From positions 71,315 to 128,039 of the forward strand of contig CAYYGL010000001.1 of NCBI GenBank assembly GCA_964471235.1: DNA of 56,725 bases. Reading direction: 5' to 3'. The stretch is from an uncultured Calditrichaceae bacterium. Lineage in GTDB: Bacteria; Calditrichota; Calditrichia; RBG-13-44-9; J075. Numbering within the stretch: position 1 is the first letter of the stretch; each line of letters begins with the position of its first letter. The notes beneath the pieces were generated by a model that was not told the DNA's origin, did not search any database, and worked only from the letters and a program-made list of their open reading frames with translations. A program made the translations under genes and the position numbers. This document shows positions 9,528-17,107 of the stretch, one piece after another.

Positions 9528-9821
9528 TCAATCTAATTTTTGAAAGGATTTTCGATAAACATCTTTACGATGAACGATTCTCAGAAGGTATATCGCTTGA
9601 TCATCAAATGTAAAAATGAGTCGATAAACGTGTTTAACTTTCGCCCTCCACACATTCTTATAGCCATGCAATTTCTTGATATCAACGGAAGGATGAAAAA
9701 CGTTTTCGGTAAGGAGCACAGCGATTTCTCAACTTCGCTGTTTGATATCATCTGGCAATTTCTTCAAATCCTTAGCAAAAACCGGGGTTCGATGAATATC
9801 CCGCTTATTCGATGAATTCAT
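9528..9821 (-). pseudogene. RelE/ParE-family toxin with an in-frame TGA
   Basis: ATG at 9821 overlapping the antitoxin: MNSSNKRDIHRTPVFAKDLKKLPDDIKQRS*EIAVLLTENVFHPSVDIKKLHGYKNVWRAKV..YRLIF..IVHRKDVY; TGA at 9729-9731. Confidence 0.8.
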
Positions 9822-10020
9822 CAAAGCTCTGTACTTTTTGTGTTTGGCCGGTTTCTACTTCTTTCAGTGCTTGTTCAAGTTTGCCACGAAAATTCTTTTG
9901 ATAGATTTTTTCCCGGGGAAGAATGGTTTCTAATAATTCACCTAAGAGGTTATAAGCATAAATAATTTCTTTAATTTTATCTTCCGAAAGGGTAATTGTT
10001 ACCTTGGTGCTATTCTCCAT
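9805..10020 (-). CDS. Putative antitoxin of the RelE toxin
   Basis: 71 aa, LEQALKEVETGQT..SFDEF C-terminus, overlaps the toxin start; GGAG RBS. Confidence 0.75.
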   Translation of the reverse strand: MENSTKVTITLSEDKIKEIIYAYNLLGELLETILPREKIYQKNFRGKLEQALKEVETGQTQKVQSFDEFIE

Positions 10021-10166
10021 GTTGCTCTCCTGAACATGTATAAATCCGTTTTTTTTTATTATTCAGAATATAAAACAGTTTCGAGAAAATCAAAATGAAA
10101 AACATTGTTTGAAAAAGTAACTGCACTTATGGCGATGCTCACTGACTGTGTGAAAATTATCAGTCA

Positions 10167-10277
10167 GTTCAAACCAAAGCCCACACCGGTTTACCCGGCG
10201 ACGGCAAAATTTATATAACCGGCTGTGAGGACGCCATCCGGATTAGCAGCGGGGAGCGGGGGGAAGTGGCGGTGTGA
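10167..10277 (+). pseudogene. Remnant 3' copy of the PII-like gene
   Basis: Encodes VQTKAHTGLPGDGKIYITGCEDAIRISSGERGEVAV*; about 100-bp near-identical direct repeat of 9079-9179. Confidence 0.85.
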
Positions 10278-10547
10278 TCCCTTTGCGAAACAATTAGTTT
10301 GATTTGGCAAAAAAATGAACTTATGTTTTTTGAAACGGACGCATGAGCAATTGCAAGTCATTCTCCCCGAAGGGAAAAAATAGGAGAGCCGCGAATATGT
10401 GCCCGGAACACGCACAGCCCTGAAAGAGCAACATCATCCCTTATTATTTCGCTCGTTCAGGGCAACGGATCGTGTATGGTGCAATTTGTCATGGGTCTTT
10501 TGGAACAGTTGATCTCTTTGGAAAAAACATAGATGAAGGAGAATACA

Positions 10548-11648
10548 ATGAAATCAAACACCTTTTTCTTGATATTCGGTTGTCTTATCATCCTGGCTCA
10601 AATAGGACTGGAGGTAAGGGGTGAAAATCCGGCAAAAACCACCGGCAAGCAACTCTTTCTCACCAACTGCGCCGCCTGCCACGGTGCCAATCTGGAAGGG
10701 AATCCTCCCGCTTTCCCATCCCTGAAGAATGTGAAAGAGCGGCTCTCCCGGGAACAAATTCGCACCCAGATAATTAATGGCAAAAACGCCATGCCATCAT
10801 TCAGGCATTTGTCGCCGAAGGAGATTGATGCGATTATTGACTATGTGTTAGGAGAAGCCAATCCCGTCGTAGAGAGCACACCGCTGCCACCGGAGAAGCA
10901 GGGCGAACTTATCTTTAAGGGAACCTGCAACAGTTGTCATCGTGCTACGGTGACCGATCCCCGGCCGGGCGGGTTACCCTTTCGTCATCACATGGAACCG
11001 GCGCCGCTTGCGGGTGCCACCAAACGCTTTAGCCGGGAAGAGTTCAACTGGATTCTGGATATGGGACCGGGATACATGCCCTCGTTTTCCAACCTGGGCG
11101 AAGAAGACCGGGAGGCATTGTGGCGTTATCTCAAAACCCTGGAGGGTAAAGGCGAACCGCGTGGGATAACCATGATGCAGATGCACTGGAGAATGATAGG
11201 ACGGGGCGGCATGATGGGTCGAGGGGGCATGATGGGGATGATGGGGAGAAGGCACCGGGGAATGGGATGGCGAGGACGCTGGCGACAGGAAGGTCGGGTA
11301 AACAAACCGACGAAGGAAATGATTGCCGAAGCCATTCGGGTACATATTCAGCTCGACCAAAAATTAAACAACGGTTTTTATGTGTTGCAAGACCCACAAA
11401 CCGGTAAGACCCTGCGGCTGACATTGAAAAAAATTCACCATGACCGGGTTATTCAAACCATTGACGGTTTTCTGGTGATGGGCGTGGATATGGTTTCAAC
11501 AAGCGGGGAGCGGTATGATGTGGATTTTTTCTTACAACAGCAGGGAGACGAACTACTGGTTTTCCAGGCGATGATTCATAAGGTTAATGCCCAACCCCGC
11601 TACACCTGGAAATTAAAGGATGGGTACTGGGAGCAGGAGGGGAAGTGA
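10548..11648 (+). CDS. Exported di-haem c-type cytochrome with a Met/Gly/Arg-rich linker and an uncharacterised C-terminal domain
   Basis: Signal peptide; CAACH..AMP and CNSCH..YMP haem domains; AAGGAG RBS favours a start at 10548. Confidence 0.85.
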   Translation: MKSNTFFLIFGCLIILAQIGLEVRGENPAKTTGKQLFLTNCAACHGANLEGNPPAFPSLKNVKERLSREQIRTQIINGKNAMPSFRHLSPKEIDAIIDYVLGEANPVVESTPLPPEKQGELIFKGTCNSCHRATVTDPRPGGLPFRHHMEPAPLAGATKRFSREEFNWILDMGPGYMPSFSNLGEEDREALWRYLKTLEGKGEPRGITMMQMHWRMIGRGGMMGRGGMMGMMGRRHRGMGWRGRWRQEGRVNKPTKEMIAEAIRVHIQLDQKLNNGFYVLQDPQTGKTLRLTLKKIHHDRVIQTIDGFLVMGVDMVSTSGERYDVDFFLQQQGDELLVFQAMIHKVNAQPRYTWKLKDGYWEQEGK

Positions 11649-12101
11649 AATAAGCACTTCTAAACAACATGGAAAAAAGGAAAGTCTTCCCACTTCGCCG
11701 TGGACCGATTAGGGATATGATTTTTTCCGGATCGCAACGGAACTTGTAAATCCCGCGGCTTTACATCTCTAACGGGGAGAGAGTTATGAAAATCCTTCAG
11801 AATTGTTTTGAACAGGTCATTCATATACTTTCCTTTTTGTAAAGAAAATATATATCAATATTTTCCTTTTAACAAGGAAACTATTGACAGGGTGTAATAG
11901 GTTGAGGGCATCGTTAACAAAGTTTTATATGACAAAATTAATTCTTATATCTCCCGGTGATTGAATTCGTTATCTTCTGTTACAGATAAAAAGCAGAACG
12001 TTGTAACATAGATTGGGTTATGGAATCCAATATATTTTGGGTGTGAATTGAATTTTGCAAACGGGTGTTAAAAGCTTACCACATAACAGGAGGAGATTCT
12101 C

Positions 12102-12488
12102 ATGAGTTACTATTTTTCCCGTAAATTAAATATGGGCTTTGACGCAGCCATTGATAAAGTGACCGAAGCCTTAAAAGAGGAGGGGTTCGGCATACTGACC
12201 GAAATCGATGTGAAAGAAACGCTGAAGAAGAAGCTGGATGTGGATTTTCAACCGTATCGGATTTTGGGTGCCTGCAACCCGCCTTTTGCGTATCAGGCAT
12301 TACAGGCAGAGGATAAAATCGGCACCATGCTGCCCTGCAATGTGATTGTTCAGCAAACCGGGGAAAACGAAGTGGAAGTGGCTGCGGTAGACCCCATTGC
12401 CTCCATGCAGGCAATTGAAAATCCGAAATTAGGTGAAGTAGCACACCAGGTTCAGGAAAAATTAAAAAAAGTGATTGAGAGTTTGTAG
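12102..12488 (+). CDS. DUF302 domain protein
   Basis: EEGFGILTEIDV, YRILGACNPPFA, IGTMLPCNVIV. Confidence 0.92.
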   Translation: MSYYFSRKLNMGFDAAIDKVTEALKEEGFGILTEIDVKETLKKKLDVDFQPYRILGACNPPFAYQALQAEDKIGTMLPCNVIVQQTGENEVEVAAVDPIASMQAIENPKLGEVAHQVQEKLKKVIESL

Positions 12489-12503
12489 AACCCCGGAGGA
12501 AAG

Positions 12504-12737
12504 ATGATGGGTCATGATATGTGGGGATGGGGATGGATGTGGTTCGGGTGGGTGTTGTGGTTAATTCTTATCGCAGTGATCATTTGGGCGGTCGTGAGGT
12601 TCACCAGCAGCGCTTCCGGACGGTCACATTCTACGCCACCTCAGGAGAGCGCCCTGGACATTCTTAAAAAGCGGTACGCCCGCGGGGAAATTTCCCGGGA
12701 AGAGTTTGAACAGATGAAAAAGGATTTAATGGAGTGA
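12504..12737 (+). CDS. SHOCT-domain small membrane protein
   Basis: Trp/Gly/Met-rich N-terminus, one TM, ESALDILKKRYARGEISREEFEQMK. Confidence 0.9.
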   Translation: MMGHDMWGWGWMWFGWVLWLILIAVIIWAVVRFTSSASGRSHSTPPQESALDILKKRYARGEISREEFEQMKKDLME

Positions 12738-12899
12738 GAAAACGGGAGTCTATTTTTTCTTCACTGTTTAACAGATATGAGGGGATTTTTTCTCGCACCG
12801 TAAGATAGATTATAGCATTTACCGGGAAAAACACCTATATTGCTCCGTATTTGAAATGTACAGAAACCGGCACATGTTTTTAGAAGGCAGCAGTAGCCA

Positions 12900-13289
12900 A
12901 TGACTAAAACTCGTATCCATGACACCTTTTCCCGTCTACTGGTAATACTCATCTTAGCCGCTACATTTCATTTCCAGGCGCCGCTTGCCAACCGGGCAAT
13001 GGATAAGAAATGCTGCGTGAACTCGGAGATGGCATGCTGCAAGGGTGACATACCCGGGAGAACCGTCTGCTGCATCGAACACACTGAACACGATTCGGAG
13101 AATGCCGCCCCGATTCGGGCAATTCCCCATTCAAATCAATCCTTAACAAAACTTCTTGCCGCTGGTCTTAATCTGCCCCCTACACTTTACCAAATTCCGC
13201 AAATTGCACTAAAAACCAATCTTTCAACTGATTTTTTTCTCCACCAGGATAATCATCTCTATTTGCAGAACTCCTCTCTTTTGATTTGA
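12900..13289 (+). CDS. Cys-rich small protein heading the cus operon (candidate leader ORF)
   Basis: Hydrophobic N-terminus, three CC pairs, C-terminus HLYLQNSSLLI-stop; lies directly before the TolC gene. Confidence 0.7.
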   Translation: MTKTRIHDTFSRLLVILILAATFHFQAPLANRAMDKKCCVNSEMACCKGDIPGRTVCCIEHTEHDSENAAPIRAIPHSNQSLTKLLAAGLNLPPTLYQIPQIALKTNLSTDFFLHQDNHLYLQNSSLLI

Positions 13290-13456
13290 TCCTCCTCTCG
13301 CTATACAGGCGTACTATATCCAATCGGCTTCCCCGGGCTTTCTTTTTCCAGGGGAAATAGCCGTCTTGATGGAACTCCTCTGTTTCCTTTACTGGAAATG
13401 CAAAACGGATTTCCCAATCGGTAACCAGTTTAGTTGATTTACCAGAGAGGACTGCT

Positions 13457-14734
13457 ATGCAACGTCTGACCATAATAATATTTTTTTGTCTGGCGTCAAT
13501 GATGCCGACATTCGCCCAATCCGGTTTTCCGAGTCCCGACTCAACAACTCCCGTTCCATTGGAAACATTTATTCGGGAGGCATTGGAGAAGAATCCCATT
13601 ATCCATTCCGCGGAGCAACAGTACAACGCGGTTTTAAGCCGGGTACCGCAGGTTCGTTCGCTGGATGATCCCATACTCAGCTACACCCATTGGTTTTCCA
13701 GTGTGGAAACCCGGGTGGGTCCCATGCAGAACTCGCTACGTCTCTCGCAGCGTTTCCCCTTTTTCGGCAAACTGCGGCTCAGGGGAAAAATGGCGGAGCA
13801 AGATGGGGAGGTTGCCGGGCAACACCACCATGCCATCCGCCGTGATGTAATTTTCCGGGTAAAAATTACTTATTTCGATCTCTATCGCATCGACCGATCC
13901 ATCGCCATCCTCAGGGAATACCGGGAATTGTTGAAACGCTTTCAGAAAGTTGCCGCCCGTAAATACGCCACCGGCATCGGCACCCGGGTGAATGTGCTGA
14001 AAGCGCAGGTGGAAATTGCCGCACTTCAAGAACAGATAATAAACTTTACGCAAATTCGTGAAGGAGCAGTAGCACGGCTGAATGCCCTCCTCGGGCGGGA
14101 TGAAACACACTCCATTGCCCAGATTACTGAAATTGATACATCCCTGTTAGCCTTGACCGAGGCGGAAATACTGGAAGCCGCTTTTGCCGCTCGGGAGGAA
14201 TTACAGTCAGCGGAAGCGCAGATCCGCAAGGCTCAATTTGCCATTCGCCTGGCAAAACGGAATTTTTTTCCGGATGTTACCCTGGCGCTATCCTACACCA
14301 CCATCCCCTCCGGAAGAACCCCGGCAATAGACCGGGGAAAAGACCCCTGGGCGCTGCAAGTGGGTATAAATCTGCCTATCTACCTGGGAAAACGAAAGGC
14401 TGCGGTGGAGGAAGCCCGAGCCCTGCGGAATTCGCAGCAACTCTATTACCGGAATCTCAGAAACGAGGTGGTGGCGGAAATCCGGGAACTCCATGCCCGA
14501 TTAAAGGCATCGGAACAGACGATGGTTCTGTACCAGCGGCAGTTGCTTCCGGACGCCCGGCAAACTCTCCAATCGGCACTGTCTGCATATCAAACCGGCA
14601 GCCTGGATTTTCTTTCCCTGTTAGACAGTGAGCGGATGCTGCTTCAATTTCGCCTGGCGTATGTGGAGGAACTATCGGATTACCGTCAGATAGCCGCTGC
14701 TCTGCAAAGAGCCATGGGCAGGGACTTACCCTGA
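13457..14734 (+). CDS. TolC-family outer-membrane protein of the Cus-like system
   Basis: Signal peptide, ALEKNP, LDDP, SQRFPFFGKL, YQTGSLDFLSLLDS. Confidence 0.9.
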   Translation: MQRLTIIIFFCLASMMPTFAQSGFPSPDSTTPVPLETFIREALEKNPIIHSAEQQYNAVLSRVPQVRSLDDPILSYTHWFSSVETRVGPMQNSLRLSQRFPFFGKLRLRGKMAEQDGEVAGQHHHAIRRDVIFRVKITYFDLYRIDRSIAILREYRELLKRFQKVAARKYATGIGTRVNVLKAQVEIAALQEQIINFTQIREGAVARLNALLGRDETHSIAQITEIDTSLLALTEAEILEAAFAAREELQSAEAQIRKAQFAIRLAKRNFFPDVTLALSYTTIPSGRTPAIDRGKDPWALQVGINLPIYLGKRKAAVEEARALRNSQQLYYRNLRNEVVAEIRELHARLKASEQTMVLYQRQLLPDARQTLQSALSAYQTGSLDFLSLLDSERMLLQFRLAYVEELSDYRQIAAALQRAMGRDLP

Positions 14735-14769
14735 AACAGTTTCAGTAAACAAAACGACGGAGGTTTACG

Positions 14770-16401
14770 ATGTATCGAATAAAAACCTTTTTAAATGCCA
14801 TCAGCATAATAATCGTATCGATACTTTTACTGAGCGCCTGTGGAGATACCAAATCACCGCCACAGACGATCGGTATTTACCAGGTGTCATTCATAACCAT
14901 TCCCAATCCCCCAACAGTTGGGCTGAACACTTTTCGGGTTCGCGTTTGGAATGATGCCGGTGATCCGGTATCCGAGGCTGAGGTTCATCTGCATTACTCC
15001 ATGCCAGCCATGGCGGGGATGCCGGCAATGGGAGATGAAGCCCGCCTTGAAGAAACCGGCAAGGGGATTTACCAGGCACAGGTGGACCTCTCCAGCGGCG
15101 GAGAGTTCCCCTGGGATGTGCGCCTGGAAGTGTTGAAATACCAACAGGTGTTGTTCATTTCCCAATGGCAGGTAATTCCGGGGAATGAAGGAGTTGCCTT
15201 TGTTTCCGGTGAAACCGGTCAGGAAAGGGGTATGGGAGGGAACAGCTATTACACCTGCACCATGCATCCCTCGGTAAAGCAAAAAGACCCTGGAAAATGC
15301 CCAATTTGTGCGATGGACTTGGTGCCGGTTAGCAGGGCTGGTGAAAACCCGGCTGTTAGTGGTACAGAAACGCCGGTTGCCATCGTCAACATCCCACTGT
15401 ATCAGCAGCAGCTTATCGGCGTGCAACTGGATACGGTGAAGCTGCGCGGGGCCCATAAGACCATTCGAACCATCGGGCATGTGGCGTATGATGAAACCCG
15501 CCTGGCAACGGTGAATCTGAAGTTTTCCGGCTGGATTGAGAAATTGTACGTGGAATATGCCGGTGAGTTTGTGGAGAAAGGGCAACCGTTGTTCGAAATT
15601 TACAGCCCGGAAGTGGTTTCCACCCAGGAGGAGTATCTGCAGCTTCTTAAAGAAAGCGCTCGAATATCCCGGAGTAGGCGCAGTGTAGGAACCGACGGAT
15701 CGGATGGCGCCGGTGATAGCCAATCCCTGCTCCAATCTGCCCGGCAGCGGCTTCGCTTGTGGGGCATTTCCCCTGATCAAATACAGGAAATCGAAACCAC
15801 GGGTGTTCCCAAACTGACCATCACTTTTTACTCACCGATTCGCGGTTATGTTGTAAATAAAAACGCCCTGGAAGGCAGCCATGTGGTACAGGGAAAAGAC
15901 CTTTTCACCATTGCGGATTTATCACGGGTGTGGGTGCATGCCCAGGTGTATGAATACGAACTGCCGTTTGTTCGCCCCGGGCAGTCAGCGCAGATTCGCC
16001 TCTCTTATGCCCCGGAGGTGAATTATACCGGTGTGGTGAATTATATCTATCCCACCCTGAACCCCCAAACCCGCACCGCTACTATTCGCCTGGAATTTCC
16101 CAATCCCCGGTTAAAGCTGAAACCGGATATGTATGCAGACGTGGAGATAGCTATTGATTTGGGGGAACAATTGATTGTTCCGGCAACAGCGGTATTGAAC
16201 ACCGGTCGTCGCCAATTGGTGTTTGTAAACCGGGGCAGGGGGCGTTTTGAACCGCGGGCAATCAATGCCGGCGCAAAGGTCGGGGAGTTTTACGTAGTGC
16301 ATAAGGGTTTGGAAGCTGGTGAGGTGGTGGTCAAATCGGGCAATTTTCTCATTGATGCCGAAGCGCATGTGCAGGGTGTGTTGCAAATGCTGGAAAATTG
16401 A
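14770..16401 (+). CDS. cusB: CusB-like adaptor with an N-terminal YtkA/FixH-like domain and a heavy-metal-binding motif
   Basis: LLSAC lipobox, YSMPAMAGMPAM, YTCTMHP..GKCPICAMDL, GWIEKLYV, YSPEVVSTQEEY, SGNFLIDAE. Confidence 0.88.
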   Translation: MYRIKTFLNAISIIIVSILLLSACGDTKSPPQTIGIYQVSFITIPNPPTVGLNTFRVRVWNDAGDPVSEAEVHLHYSMPAMAGMPAMGDEARLEETGKGIYQAQVDLSSGGEFPWDVRLEVLKYQQVLFISQWQVIPGNEGVAFVSGETGQERGMGGNSYYTCTMHPSVKQKDPGKCPICAMDLVPVSRAGENPAVSGTETPVAIVNIPLYQQQLIGVQLDTVKLRGAHKTIRTIGHVAYDETRLATVNLKFSGWIEKLYVEYAGEFVEKGQPLFEIYSPEVVSTQEEYLQLLKESARISRSRRSVGTDGSDGAGDSQSLLQSARQRLRLWGISPDQIQEIETTGVPKLTITFYSPIRGYVVNKNALEGSHVVQGKDLFTIADLSRVWVHAQVYEYELPFVRPGQSAQIRLSYAPEVNYTGVVNYIYPTLNPQTRTATIRLEFPNPRLKLKPDMYADVEIAIDLGEQLIVPATAVLNTGRRQLVFVNRGRGRFEPRAINAGAKVGEFYVVHKGLEAGEVVVKSGNFLIDAEAHVQGVLQMLEN

Positions 16402-16425
16402 AGGGAGAAATAAGTTGAGAAAAGA

Positions 16426-17034
16426 TTATGGAAAGAATACCAATTTGATGAGCATGGCTAACATAGCTAACAGGAGGCCAAATACCAATTTTTGGCCGGT
16501 TTCTAATTTTGCAATCCGTTCACTCAGCGATGCCGCAACATTTCCGACGTACTCAATAAGTTCCACACGCAAATTCGCCAGGTCAGCTTTGGTAGCCATA
16601 TTTTCTTTAATATCATCGATTTCTACCTGTATTTTTCCAAGGTCGGCTTTGGTAGCCATATTCTCTTTAATGTCATCAATTTCCACCTGTATTTTTCCAA
16701 GGTCACCCTTGGTAGCCATATTCTCTTTAAGATTATCATTTTCTACCTGCAGTCTTCCAAGGTCACCCTTGGTAGCCATATTTTCTTCGATATTTTCCAC
16801 CCGGCTGCGCAAATCGGTTATATCGCCCCGTAACATAGCCACTTCCTCACGGGTAGCCATGTTTTTTTCGATATACCTTTCAAGCCCTTCTAAACGGGTT
16901 TCTAATCTGACAATGGCGGCAGCCGGCGAACGGCGCACCTCTTCCATATCTTCTAACGTTAATTTGAGATGCTCCTCTACCGCCTTTTTGACAAGCTCTT
17001 TCAGACGTTTTTCATCAACGTTCATGGTAGCCAT
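16426..17034 (-). CDS. Coiled-coil protein with MATKxDL repeats and a C-terminal TM anchor (CCDC90/DUF1640-like)
   Basis: Repeats ENMATK(G/A)DL, hydrophobic tail; own promoter TTGAAA-N17-TATATT at 17060-17088. Confidence 0.75.
   Translation of the reverse strand: MATMNVDEKRLKELVKKAVEEHLKLTLEDMEEVRRSPAAAIVRLETRLEGLERYIEKNMATREEVAMLRGDITDLRSRVENIEENMATKGDLGRLQVENDNLKENMATKGDLGKIQVEIDDIKENMATKADLGKIQVEIDDIKENMATKADLANLRVELIEYVGNVAASLSERIAKLETGQKLVFGLLLAMLAMLIKLVFFP
16573..16800. repeat. 60-bp coding tandem repeat (about 4 units)
   Basis: GGTAGCCATA recurs at 16591, 16651, 16711 and 16771 (degenerate copy at 16852). Confidence 0.9.
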
Positions 17035-17107
17035 GTTCGTCCCTGCATCTTTTAAATTAAATATAACGGTTCGCTAATTTTATTTCAACCGAATTTCGAG
17101 GATTGGT

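Noticed and set aside
14887-15780. 297-aa minus-strand ORF
   Set aside because: Antisense shadow of cusB
16573-16800. 60-bp periodic repeat as CRISPR or DGR template
   Set aside because: In-frame coding repeat; no spacers and no reverse transcriptase
16319-17077. 252-aa plus-strand repetitive ORF
   Set aside because: Mirror of the minus-strand coiled-coil gene, which has the promoter and protein-like features
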